A stretch of DNA of 64,000 bases from Candidatus Aminicenantes bacterium (GCA_011049425.1 DSBM01000053.1:3689-67688); one strand, 5' to 3'; positions 47,823 through 57,584 are shown, counted from the first letter of the stretch. Translations and numbers: made by a program. Notes: generated by a model not told the origin, from the sequence alone.

Positions 47823-50234
47823 TCAGTTCCGGCCCCCGCCGGCAAGATCGATACGGATTTCATTGCGATAGCGATTGCGGGCGCTTCCCTGGGTACCGAT
47901 CACACCCTGGGGCATGGTGTCGCTGCGCTCCCGCTTCCTGACAAAGGGAAATTCATCCACGTTCGCGCCTTTGCGCACGGTAAAACTCAGCGGATCAAGT
48001 ATTTGATCAGCGGGCGCCGGCACCCCGGAAAAATCCGTGCTCATAATCGGACTCATACTGGATCCCGTGTCGACGACCACATTGATCTCTTTTGTGTCAT
48101 GATGAATGGCCTCGCCCGAAAACACGTATCCCGCAACGCCATTACTTTTTTCATGCTTTTCCACCCGCCAACGGATCCGGGTATCGAGGGTGTAGTTGGA
48201 AGGAGAGATCGAAACAATTCGATTCGGCGTATCGGCTCCGGTGGACTCCAGCACACACTTCACCGCATAGGTCACCTCAACTTCGGCCTCACTTTCCCCC
48301 TTGGGCAGAAACAGGGTGAATTCAGCGTTTGTTGCTGCCGTATAGTTGTACGTGTACCCCTGCGAATCCAGGTTGCCGCTGTTGCGAATGCGAAAAGTCA
48401 TGCCGCTTTCACAATCCAGCACGAAATCGGTATCAGGGGCCGTGCTGTCCGGCGCCTTGCAGTTAATCTCTATTTTTTTGCTCTCCCGGCCATTGCCGTC
48501 AGGGCAGCTGGCGGTGACCACGGCTTCACCCACGGGAATGTTTTTGATGTGGTAGGTACCGGACACTTCGCGAGTGATGGTTTCGCCGCGGGAGGGCTTG
48601 ACCCGGATGGTGGCTCCCTTTAGATCGACTCCGTCTTTGTCGCGCACGTGGCCACGGACCTCACCGCAACAATCCAGTTCGAAATCGATGTCACCGTCCT
48701 TGCTCCCGGGGGCATCACAGCTGATGTCAACCGTTTGCGTCTGTTGATGCACGCCCGTTGCACAGGCCGCCGTAATCGTGGCTTCCCCCACCGGGATGTC
48801 GCTGATTTCAAAGGGGCTGTCGACTCGACGGGTAATGGTTTCATTCTGGGACGGCCTGACCTTGATGTTGACCTGCTTTAGTTCATTGCCGAACCTGTCG
48901 CGCACGTGGCCGCGGATCGTCCCGGCGCAATCCAGCTCAAAATTAGTAAAATCCTCCGAGATTCCGGGGATCTGGCAGGCGATGTCAACCGTTTTTGCTT
49001 GCTGGTGCACTCCCGCGGCGCAGGTAACGGTGACCGTGGCTTCACCGACCGGAATGTATTCGATGCGGTAGGGGCTGGAGACTTCACGGGTAATGGTTTG
49101 TCCCCCGGAAGGCTTGACCTCGATGGTCGCCCCCTCCAGTTCATTCCGCCACTTGTCACGGATGTAGCCGCGGATTTCCCCCTGGGGATGGTAGACGAGG
49201 TCCTCCCGGTACGTTTTTCCGGCGGTCAGCTTCAATGTCATTTTCACCGGTTGGCACTCCTTGTCCTCGGGATTGGTCAGGGTGCAAGGCATGCTCTCGG
49301 TCATGGAGATGCGCGGATCGGTCATACCGATATAGTCTTTGAAATAGCGACCGCCCTCGCGGGAGCGTGTCCGGTATGTGACGTTGTAGGGACCGGAGAG
49401 TTCGATCCGCACACCCTCCAGGGGATTGCCGTCGCGGTCCACCACCCGGCCTTCCATGCGCGTGGTGACGGGAATGACATTCAGAGAGACACCGACGGAT
49501 GATTTACTACCGTCAATGATCACTGGGGGGCTGACCAGCGGGTCACCCGCGAAGATAAAATTATAGCTGAAACCGACGATGCGGTGAAACACGTAGGAGC
49601 CGAAAAGGGTGGACGGAAACAGCTGCTTGAAGTAGAACTTTTCCAGGCCGTCGGTTTCATACACGAAATTGGCGGATTCGCCCGAGCTGGTTTCCCTGCT
49701 GGTCATGTCGAAGTATATGCCGGCGGGCTCTTCTTCCGCCTCTTCGGTCATAATGACAACGCCCTCTATGACGATCTGCTGGTATCTGCTTTCCATGGTA
49801 CCGACAACAATCGTGGAAAAGGAGCGCAAAAGCAGCGTGGCGCGCGCGTTTTCCTTATCAATTGCAGAAGGAAACAGCAGTTCTTCTTTGCCGCCGGACA
49901 ACTTAATAAAAACGATGCGGTCAACATCCGCCAGCGCGGCCGCGGGCAACGGGAAAGAGATCAACAGGGGATACCGCGGCGCCTTCTCTTCCATGGTGAT
50001 TTCGTAAGCGATTCCGAAGGTCTTTACCCCTTTGGCGCGGATGGGGGGCACGGTGGTCTTTTTGACCAGGGGTGGCTTCAAATCGGGACTGTTCCGGCCC
50101 GGGCTCCACTGCAAGCCATGAACCAGTTTTTTCAACTCAGGCACATCCCCGGCATTGGTTGGGGAAACGAAAAACAATGCGCATAAAATAAGAAAAAGAC
50201 CAGAGAGCACAATTCTGTCGCGGCGAAGTGTCAT
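47823..50234 (-). CDS. Large secreted/surface protein with three tandem ~86-aa CarboxypepD_reg-like (Ig-like beta-sandwich) repeats
   Basis: Signal peptide. Repeats GEIRGYIRD.../GTIRGHVRD.../GEVRGHVRD..., each ending ...DFxLDC. The nucleotide-level tandem repeat lies at ~48410-49185. Confidence 0.7.
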   Translation of the reverse strand: MTLRRDRIVLSGLFLILCALFFVSPTNAGDVPELKKLVHGLQWSPGRNSPDLKPPLVKKTTVPPIRAKGVKTFGIAYEITMEEKAPRYPLLISFPLPAAALADVDRIVFIKLSGGKEELLFPSAIDKENARATLLLRSFSTIVVGTMESRYQQIVIEGVVIMTEEAEEEPAGIYFDMTSRETSSGESANFVYETDGLEKFYFKQLFPSTLFGSYVFHRIVGFSYNFIFAGDPLVSPPVIIDGSKSSVGVSLNVIPVTTRMEGRVVDRDGNPLEGVRIELSGPYNVTYRTRSREGGRYFKDYIGMTDPRISMTESMPCTLTNPEDKECQPVKMTLKLTAGKTYREDLVYHPQGEIRGYIRDKWRNELEGATIEVKPSGGQTITREVSSPYRIEYIPVGEATVTVTCAAGVHQQAKTVDIACQIPGISEDFTNFELDCAGTIRGHVRDRFGNELKQVNIKVRPSQNETITRRVDSPFEISDIPVGEATITAACATGVHQQTQTVDISCDAPGSKDGDIDFELDCCGEVRGHVRDKDGVDLKGATIRVKPSRGETITREVSGTYHIKNIPVGEAVVTASCPDGNGRESKKIEINCKAPDSTAPDTDFVLDCESGMTFRIRNSGNLDSQGYTYNYTAATNAEFTLFLPKGESEAEVEVTYAVKCVLESTGADTPNRIVSISPSNYTLDTRIRWRVEKHEKSNGVAGYVFSGEAIHHDTKEINVVVDTGSSMSPIMSTDFSGVPAPADQILDPLSFTVRKGANVDEFPFVRKRERSDTMPQGVIGTQGSARNRYRNEIRIDLAGGGRN
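48410..49185. repeat. Three ~258-bp imperfect tandem repeats internal to the large surface-protein gene
   Basis: The repeated protein units map to this interval. Recurring nucleotide strings (e.g. cgcacgtggccgcgga..., gggatgtcgctgat...) are visible. Confidence 0.6.
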
Positions 50235-50424
50235 CTGATTATACCTCTGCCCGGAATAATCTCAAAAAAAAACAAAACTATCAACCCCCGCAAACGAAAC
50301 CCAAGCGTTCCATCACTTTCCGATCAGGATGTTCTGCCTTCTGCCACCTGTCTGTCCTTGTAGAAGGTAGAAAGTAGAAAAACGCATTGGGGCTGCTTTC
50401 GGCTTTATGCTTTCGACTGAATTG

Positions 50425-50484
50425 TCCCCCTCGCCACTTGCCTATGGCCCCTTGCCGGTTTTTCACTCTCCAACTTTCCAACTT
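50425..50484 (+). promoter_or_regulatory. Conserved ~60-nt upstream element (copy B) ~45 nt before the membrane-protein gene start
   Basis: TCCCCCTCGCCACTTGCCTATGGCCCCTTGCCGGTTTTTCACTCTCCAACTTTCCAACTT, followed by TATAAT at 50497-50502. Confidence 0.5.
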
Positions 50485-50526
50485 TATTTTTATTGCGCTA
50501 TAATATCCCTATTCGGAGGTCATCAC

Positions 50527-51306
50527 ATGCCGGACAAAGGAACCAAGAAAAAAGTCGTTCGTGTGGAAAGCCCGGAATCATCCGGGAAAGAAGTCAGTAA
50601 AGGCCGGGCGTTTACTCCCGCCCCGGAAGCCAAAAAGCGCGCGGGCAAAAAACGCCTGCTAGCGATCCTCTCCTGGATCGTGGCCATCGCCTGCGAAGCC
50701 GGAGCCATTTACCTGCTCCTGAAACCGCCCATCAACACCACCTGGCTGATCGTGCTGATCGCCGTGGACCTGGTATTTGTCGTGATCGGCTCGTTGCTGT
50801 GGAAAAAAGCCAACCGCCTGGATCCCGCCTCGGAGAAAGAGAAAGTCAGGTTCTTTGTGCAGAACCAGTTGGGCGTCATCATCGCCGTCATCGCTTTCCT
50901 GCCCCTGGTCATCCTCATTTTTACCAACAAGGACTTGACCGGTAAACAAAAGGGCCTGGTGGGAACCATCGCGATCATCGCCCTGGTCATTGCCGGCGTC
51001 ATGGGCGTGGACCTCAACCCGCCCTCCCAGGAACAGTACGCCGCGCAAACGGCCGAAGTTGAGTCTCTGACGGGGGGCCGCGACTTTGTTTACTGGACCA
51101 AGTCCGGCACCAAGTACCACATCTATTCCGATTGCCACGCCATCAACCGCAAGGTGACGGACCAGATCTTTGAGGGCACGGTGGCGCAGGCGCGGGAACT
51201 CAAGAACATCACCGAGTTGTGCAGCTTCTGCAGGAGCCGGGCGGAAAAAGAAAAGCAACTGCAACCCGCCCAGACCCCGGACAGCACCGAGGTGCAACAG
51301 GAATAG
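50527..51306 (+). CDS. Membrane protein (4 TM) with C-terminal Cys/His-containing domain, unknown function
   Basis: Start MPDKGTKKK with RBS GGAGG. Lys-rich N-terminus, four TM helices, C-terminal YHIYSDCH...CSFC. Confidence 0.55.
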   Translation: MPDKGTKKKVVRVESPESSGKEVSKGRAFTPAPEAKKRAGKKRLLAILSWIVAIACEAGAIYLLLKPPINTTWLIVLIAVDLVFVVIGSLLWKKANRLDPASEKEKVRFFVQNQLGVIIAVIAFLPLVILIFTNKDLTGKQKGLVGTIAIIALVIAGVMGVDLNPPSQEQYAAQTAEVESLTGGRDFVYWTKSGTKYHIYSDCHAINRKVTDQIFEGTVAQARELKNITELCSFCRSRAEKEKQLQPAQTPDSTEVQQE

Positions 51307-51376
51307 CGGACCGGTTCTCAAAAAAGCCTATTTTACGACCGGCACTGAACCGGGAACCTGATTCTTTGCCCTTTGC

Positions 51377-53536
51377 TTACTGGTGATCCTTGACTACCGC
51401 GATCAGTTCCGGCAGGTCCATGCCGATCGCCTTCAGGTGTTCGATGCGGGGTACGCCGTCCGCGGTCCAGCCACGGCGCTTGTACACCGCGTCCAATAGT
51501 TGTTCATAGCGATCTTCGCGCCAGCGCCGGTGGAGGGCCAGTTTCTCTTCCACGCTCTTGCCCTCGGGATCCACTTGGATCAGTTCACGCAACTGCTTGT
51601 CGTACCGTTCGCTGCGGGATTCGTATTCCTCCGCCGTCAGCGGCCCCATGGCCCGGTAAGGCGGGTAATCGTCGACCCGCCGGCCGTGCCCCATGCGCAG
51701 GTTGAACACGCGCTGGAAATTGTAGACCCGTTCGGACTGGCGGATCATCTCTGTTTTATCAATCGATTTCCCGGTTACGGCGTTGTACAGGTCCACGTAG
51801 TTCTGGACATGCTCGGGCACCTTGGCCGGCTCATCGGTCTCGGCGTTGTTTGCCGGTTCCACGTCGTTCCAGGGCAGCTTGCACAACCCCTGCAACCCGA
51901 ACCAGGTCCGGAACATGGGGAAATAGTGCAGGGCTTCGGCTTTGTCCTCAAAGGTAGGAATCTGGTTGTTGACCATGTCCATGAAGATCAGCCAGGCCTC
52001 GTCATGTTGAGGGCCCTTGTTGGTCATGTAGTAGCCGCCCTGCTGGGCCAGGGATTCCTTGGATTGATACTGGGACTGCTCCAAACCCTTGCCTTCGAAT
52101 CCGATATCGTTGAGGAACTCAGGATCCGCGCCGTAGGTGTCGACAAAGTGCTTTTTCATGTAACGGATGCCCTTGCCCGCGAGAACACCGAAACCCTCGC
52201 CCCGGGCCATCTGGTGAAGCATCTCCAGGGTGGCCTCCCAGTTGCCCCACTCCAGTTCCAGGCCGCCGGTGCGCTCTTTGTTCAGCACGCCGATCTCGTA
52301 GCACTCCATGACAAAAGCCGTGAGGGTGCCGAAAGAGATGGTGTCGATGCCGTAGGTATCACAGTAGAAATTGATCTCCAGGATGGCGTGGGGATCGAAA
52401 ATGGCCGGGTTGGCGCCGCAGCCGGCGGCGGTCTCGTACTCAGGACCGTCCACGATCACCTTCTCTCCCTTGTAGGGGCCGGTGCGGGGCACAAAGTCAT
52501 CCACGGCGTGGGCGCAGGACATGGTGCAACCGTACCAGCAGCCGTCGGGGACATTCTGGGTCATCAACTTCGTCCATACGGAGGAGTCGATCTTGTACGC
52601 ATCTTCGTGGTTGCCGAACTTGAAGTTCTTGACGGGCAGCAGGTCGTACTCGTCCATAATCTCCATCAAGTGTGCCGTGCCCACCTTGCGCATGCGGCAC
52701 TGCTCGTCATCCAGGGTCATGATCTCGCGGTGGAATTTCATGCCGGTTTTCTGAATCGTCTTCTGGTCCACCGGGTGGTTGGAATCACCGCGCAAATTGG
52801 AATACTTGACCACGATGGCTTTTATTTTCTTGTTGCGAAAAACCGTGCCGATGCCGCCGCGACCCGCCTGTTTCAGGCGCAGCCCCTTGCGGCGCTTGTC
52901 GTAGTAGGAAAAGTTCAGGCAGCCGATCCAGGCGTGTTCCGCCCCCCGGCCCGCGGACACGGTGGAGATGTGCTGGCGTTCGGTTTCGTTGTCCGCGAAC
53001 ATGTCGGTCATCTGCTCCGCCAGGATGTGGGAGTTGACCTCCTCGTCCGGGGCTTCAAAAATCTGGATGCGGCCCTCGTTGCCGTTGATAAAGATGATCA
53101 CGTCCCGTTCCGCTTTGCCCTGGATCTCCAGGGCGTCAAAGCCGGAAAACTTGAAATAGGGGCCGAAGTGGCCGCCCACATTGCTGTCGATCGGGATACC
53201 CGTAGTGGGCGAAATGGAAGTTACCAGTGATTTTCCCGCACCGGCATAGCTGGTGATGCCACCGATGGGACCCACGGCGATGTTGATTTCATTTTCCTCG
53301 GAGTCCCACTTGGTCTCCGGGTTCACGGCATCCCACAGCAGGCGCAAGCCGTAGCCTTTGCCCCCGATGAACTTCTCTTTCATTTCCGCGGGCACGGGTT
53401 TTTCGCGCACCTCGTTGAGAGACAGGTTGATGTACAGGGAGCGGTCCGAATAACCCTTTTCCAGGGGCCGCAACTCGTAGGTGAACTCTTTGAGCATCTT
53501 GTGCCGCGATTTCAGTTTTTCTATATTTTCTTTCAT
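51377..53536 (-). CDS. Tungsten-containing aldehyde:ferredoxin oxidoreductase (AOR family)
   Basis: AFOR N-terminal and C-terminal domains (FIGGKGYGLRLLWD, ...). Start MKENIEKLK with RBS GGAGG. Confidence 0.85.
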   Translation of the reverse strand: MKENIEKLKSRHKMLKEFTYELRPLEKGYSDRSLYINLSLNEVREKPVPAEMKEKFIGGKGYGLRLLWDAVNPETKWDSEENEINIAVGPIGGITSYAGAGKSLVTSISPTTGIPIDSNVGGHFGPYFKFSGFDALEIQGKAERDVIIFINGNEGRIQIFEAPDEEVNSHILAEQMTDMFADNETERQHISTVSAGRGAEHAWIGCLNFSYYDKRRKGLRLKQAGRGGIGTVFRNKKIKAIVVKYSNLRGDSNHPVDQKTIQKTGMKFHREIMTLDDEQCRMRKVGTAHLMEIMDEYDLLPVKNFKFGNHEDAYKIDSSVWTKLMTQNVPDGCWYGCTMSCAHAVDDFVPRTGPYKGEKVIVDGPEYETAAGCGANPAIFDPHAILEINFYCDTYGIDTISFGTLTAFVMECYEIGVLNKERTGGLELEWGNWEATLEMLHQMARGEGFGVLAGKGIRYMKKHFVDTYGADPEFLNDIGFEGKGLEQSQYQSKESLAQQGGYYMTNKGPQHDEAWLIFMDMVNNQIPTFEDKAEALHYFPMFRTWFGLQGLCKLPWNDVEPANNAETDEPAKVPEHVQNYVDLYNAVTGKSIDKTEMIRQSERVYNFQRVFNLRMGHGRRVDDYPPYRAMGPLTAEEYESRSERYDKQLRELIQVDPEGKSVEEKLALHRRWREDRYEQLLDAVYKRRGWTADGVPRIEHLKAIGMDLPELIAVVKDHQ

Positions 53537-53537
53537 A

Positions 53538-53927
53538 TCAGTCCTCCGTAACGATTTCGATGGCGGCGGTGGGGCACTCCTTGGCGCAGGCGCCGCAGGC
53601 AATGCACTTGAAAGGCACGATGCCTTCGTGGTAGGTTTGCATTGTCCCGGTCGGGCAGATGGCCACGCAAGCATAGCAACCGATGCACAAATTCTTGTTG
53701 AGCATGACAACACCCGCTTTGTTTACCGTCAACGCCATGGTGGGACATTCAGCCACACAGGTGCGGCACTGATTGCAAACGCTGAGGTCAAATTCGCCTC
53801 CAGCCTGATCCAGCACTTGAATACACGATTTTTCCGCCGACACCTCCTTAAAGTAAAGCTGGGAGCATACATCTTCGCAGGTGCGGCACCCGATACACTT
53901 TTCGGGATGGGTTTGCAAATACTTCAT
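53538..53927 (-). CDS. Poly-[4Fe-4S] ferredoxin, AOR electron-transfer partner
   Basis: Four CxxCxxCxxxCP-type motifs (CIGCRTCEDVC, CNQCRTCVAECP, CIGCYACVAICP, CIACGACAKECP). Adjacent to the AOR start. Confidence 0.8.
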   Translation of the reverse strand: MKYLQTHPEKCIGCRTCEDVCSQLYFKEVSAEKSCIQVLDQAGGEFDLSVCNQCRTCVAECPTMALTVNKAGVVMLNKNLCIGCYACVAICPTGTMQTYHEGIVPFKCIACGACAKECPTAAIEIVTED

Positions 53928-53999
53928 CGGCCTTCTTCTCCTTTCAATGACTCGATTTTTCGCTACCCATATACGGGCACACATGAATTCTAGGATTGA

Positions 54000-56900
54000 T
54001 TGCCTTTCGAGTCAACCGGATTTAATCCAAATTCGTAAAACAAACTGAAACTGGGGACGGTGCTTGTAAGTATGTAAATACGGATTTTTGGATAACAAAA
54101 GAGAAAGCCCGCCTGCGGCGAAATACCAGAACGGAACTTTGATTATCCTGTCAGTAAAAAGGGGCCAGGTCAACGACTGACCTTTCTTTGTCATTTTTTT
54201 GAATTGTATCATGAGTCGGCCGATCCTTATTGAATTCCCAGGCTCCTGAAAACCAGGTCCAACGGATATCTAAAAAAGAAATCTGAATGGTCAAAAATGC
54301 ACCCATTCCCGATTCACAGAAAAAGGCAGAAAATAATGAAAATGGAATTCTCGAGAAAAGTCAAACGTGGACTTGACCCATTTATCGGGTCTTTTATTCT
54401 TTTTCCGTAAGCGTTATATTTTTTTAATAGTGCTTGACCGGAGGATGCCATGCATAAGAGACCTTTGATCCTGATCGCATTTTTAATTATCGGTTCGTTC
54501 ATTTATTCACAGACGGGTCCCGATGAATTCTTTAACAGGAAGATCGGTGAGGACCGGGTCCTGATAGCCTACCCGGATATCGTGAAATATATGCAATATC
54601 TGGGAAAGAATTCTCTGCGGGTGGTCACCCGGAACGAGGGGCTCTCCACGCGGGGGAACCCGATGATACTTTCTTTCATTTCATCGGAGAAGAACATTGA
54701 AAACCTTGAAGAACTGATCAGAATGAACAGCCGAATGGCCAATCCCGACCGGATGAAAAGGCTGGAATCCCGGATGCTGATCGAAGACGGGAAGGCCTTC
54801 ATCCTGATCACCGGGACGATCCACTCCACTGAAATAGCCTCTTCCCAGATGATGCTGCTGCTTGCCCACCGCTTTGCAACGGGTTCCGGCGGGGAAATCG
54901 AGAACATTCTTGACAATACCGTTCTGATGCTGATGCCCTCCATCAATCCGGATGGGAACATTATGGTGACGGAATGGTATGAAAAGCATATCGGAACCGA
55001 ATATGAAGGCGGGCCGCTTCCTTTTCTCTACCATCATTATGCCGGACATGACACAAACAGGGATTTTTTCATGCTGAATCTCAAAGAGACAAAAGTGGTC
55101 AATGCCATTTTGCATAAGAGATATTTTCCCCAGGTCTTCCTGGATATGCACCAGATGGGAATAACAGGTCCGAGAATGTTCGTCCCGCCCTTCAAGGACC
55201 CGATGAACGATAACCTCGACCCGGTGCTTCTGAGAGAAACGGATCTGATCGGTTCATATATGGCATTCAAGCTCCAGGAAAAAGGAAAGAAGGGCGTGGC
55301 CTCGGGGTATGGTTTTGACGCATACTGGCCCGGCGGATCAAAAAATACAGCGTGGTATAAAAATGTTGTCGGTATCCTGACGGAACTGGCCAGCGTCGCG
55401 ATCGCCTCTCCCGTTTTTATAGACAAAAACGAATTGATGTCTTCGTCGAAGGGACTGCCGGAGTACAAAAAGCAGACGAATTTCCCCGACCCATGGGAGG
55501 GAGGATGGTGGCGGCTGAAGGATATCATCGATTATGAGTGTATTGCCGCGGAGGCTTTGTGCGAAGTTGTTTCCGCAAACAGGAAGAGTTTCCTTCAAAA
55601 TTATGTGAACTGCGGCATTGAAAGTATCCGGAAAGGCCGGGCGGGGGATCCGAAAGGTTATATTATCCCCGGCAGCCAGATCGATCAGACGGCAATGATG
55701 GCCTTTATCCGGAAAATGGCGGAAGGCGGCGTCAGGGTGTTCAGGATCGGCCGGGATAAGGTTTCCGGCGGACGGCTGATCAGCGACGGGTCCTATTACA
55801 TACCGCTCGCTCAGCCCTATGGCAATTTTGTCCGTTTGATGATGGAGAAACAGGTTTACCCCGAAATAAAATACATGAAAGAAGGACCTGTCATTGAACC
55901 TTACGATGCGGCCGGCTGGACCCTCCCGATACAGATGGGCGTTCAGTATCTGGAAGTGAACACAGAGCCTGCCGGACCGGGAGAGATGGAGGAAGTCAGC
56001 GGATTCACTACTTCGGCTGAGGCCCCGGAGGGACAGGGGGATCTGATGGTCATTCCGACCGGGGATACAGGAAGCGCGCTGGTGGTGAACCGGCTGTTGA
56101 GGAAGAAGGTTCCTGTATTCAGGAGCACTACCAACGGAACTCTTTGTAGGGGTGATTTTGCGATCAATGTAAAAAACATCGACAGGTCATTGATTGAGAA
56201 AGTACTGAAAGACACCGATGTGAAGGTCCGGATGGAGGAGGGAACGGATCCTGCCGGCCTGAAAGAGCTGAGAAAGCCGGAGATTGCGATATACCAGTCT
56301 TTCCTCCCCAGTATGGACGAAGGGTGGACCCGCTGGGTGCTGGATGAATTCGGGTTCGATTATTCGGTCATTCATAACGCTGACATGAAAAAAAGGAATT
56401 TACCGGGCAGGTTTGATGTCATTATCATCCCGGACATGGACCGGGAGGCTGTGGTGAACGGGAAGTATCGCGGGTATCGTGGGAAGTATTATGAGCGGAT
56501 GCCTTCGGAGTACAAGGGTGGGATCGGCAAAGAAGGGATCGAAAATCTGGTCCGTTTCGTGCGGGATGGAGGATCTGTTATTTTCCTGGATTCTTCATAT
56601 GAGATCGCAGCCACTGATTTCGAACTTCCCTTCGAGAATATACTTAAAGACAAACAAAATAGACGTTTCTATTGCCCCGGGTCGATATTGAAAGTAAAGA
56701 TCGATACAGAAGATCCGATCGGATGGGGAATGAATGAGGAAAATGTTCTGTTCTTTTCAAACGGCCCGGTCTTCCGGACAATGATGCCGGTGAATCATCA
56801 CATCCGCAGGCGTATTGTTTCCCGGTTTAAAGACAAAGGGCCCCACCTGGTCAGCGGCTTTTTGAAGGGGGGTGAGTTCCTCGACCGGGCTGTTTCATCA

Positions 56901-57057
56901 GCAGTGTTCGACTACTACAAAGGCAGCGTCATCCTGTTCGCCGGCAGAATCCAGCACCGGGGGCAAACGTTTGCCACCTTTAAAATGCTCTTCAATGCCC
57001 TTTATTATTCCGTGCTGAACTGATCTTACGGCCGGGTTACCTCAATACTGATAGGAA
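54000..57057. mobile_element. ~3 kb low-GC island (putative horizontally acquired segment) carrying only the M14 carboxypeptidase gene; no integrase or transposase seen
   Basis: Sharp fall in GC from ~60% to roughly 45-50% starting near 54000 and ending within 35 nt after the M14 stop. AT-rich codon usage. Borders a truncated ridA. Confidence 0.5.
54450..57023 (+). CDS. M14-family zinc carboxypeptidase (~857 aa, secreted) on a low-GC island
   Basis: HSTE (HxxE), HDTNRD, DMHQMG zinc and substrate motifs. Signal peptide LILIAFLIIGSFIYSQ. GC visibly lower than the flanks. Confidence 0.85.
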   Translation: MHKRPLILIAFLIIGSFIYSQTGPDEFFNRKIGEDRVLIAYPDIVKYMQYLGKNSLRVVTRNEGLSTRGNPMILSFISSEKNIENLEELIRMNSRMANPDRMKRLESRMLIEDGKAFILITGTIHSTEIASSQMMLLLAHRFATGSGGEIENILDNTVLMLMPSINPDGNIMVTEWYEKHIGTEYEGGPLPFLYHHYAGHDTNRDFFMLNLKETKVVNAILHKRYFPQVFLDMHQMGITGPRMFVPPFKDPMNDNLDPVLLRETDLIGSYMAFKLQEKGKKGVASGYGFDAYWPGGSKNTAWYKNVVGILTELASVAIASPVFIDKNELMSSSKGLPEYKKQTNFPDPWEGGWWRLKDIIDYECIAAEALCEVVSANRKSFLQNYVNCGIESIRKGRAGDPKGYIIPGSQIDQTAMMAFIRKMAEGGVRVFRIGRDKVSGGRLISDGSYYIPLAQPYGNFVRLMMEKQVYPEIKYMKEGPVIEPYDAAGWTLPIQMGVQYLEVNTEPAGPGEMEEVSGFTTSAEAPEGQGDLMVIPTGDTGSALVVNRLLRKKVPVFRSTTNGTLCRGDFAINVKNIDRSLIEKVLKDTDVKVRMEEGTDPAGLKELRKPEIAIYQSFLPSMDEGWTRWVLDEFGFDYSVIHNADMKKRNLPGRFDVIIIPDMDREAVVNGKYRGYRGKYYERMPSEYKGGIGKEGIENLVRFVRDGGSVIFLDSSYEIAATDFELPFENILKDKQNRRFYCPGSILKVKIDTEDPIGWGMNEENVLFFSNGPVFRTMMPVNHHIRRRIVSRFKDKGPHLVSGFLKGGEFLDRAVSSAVFDYYKGSVILFAGRIQHRGQTFATFKMLFNALYYSVLN

Positions 57058-57267
57058 CCCCTATTCCAAGGAACTGCCCTCACCCATGAGCACGGCCGCC
57101 AAGCTGGACAGGACCTGCAACGTCTGGGCCTCGATCCCTTTCGCATGGGGTCCTTTCCCGGGAACCACGGGCAATTGCCCGGATACGTAGACCAGGCCGT
57201 TGTGGATCACCGTCTGGCTGTAATATCCCGCCGGTGCCGACGCGTTTTCCGTAAACACGAATTCCAT
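57058..57267 (-). pseudogene. ridA: RidA (YjgF/TdcF) family gene truncated after ~70 codons at the island border
   Basis: MEFVFTENASAPAGYYSQTVIHNGLVYVSGQLP...LAAVLMGEGSSLE, then stop. Full-length RidA continues ~55 aa further, including the substrate-binding Arg. Confidence 0.55.
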
Positions 57268-57584
57268 TTCTTGCTCCAGGTACGTGATCTCTTTGGCGAA
57301 AACGATGCACCACGTCCCCCCCTTCATACCATGGAAAACCCGCGCGCGGACCTGGCCCTTGCGAAGTAAAGCAGACGGGCCGCAACCGCGTTTGTGGATA
57401 AAAACAGTTGAAGAGTTGAAGAGGAGGGAAGTTGAACAAGTTGAGGAGACTGGAAAGTAACTTTATACGTTTATACGCACCGGCCCCAAGTTTTTTTTCG
57501 TGCCTTATTCCTTCTTCGTTATTCCTTATTCAGAGCTTTGTCCTGTCACCTGTCTTCTGGTCTCCTGCCACCTTCTTTTTACTT

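Noticed and set aside
53985-54110. Looked for the missing 3' half of ridA on the far side of the low-GC island
   Set aside because: Three-frame translation of the reverse strand there gives only short stop-interrupted peptides with no RidA similarity. The C-terminal part seems deleted rather than displaced.
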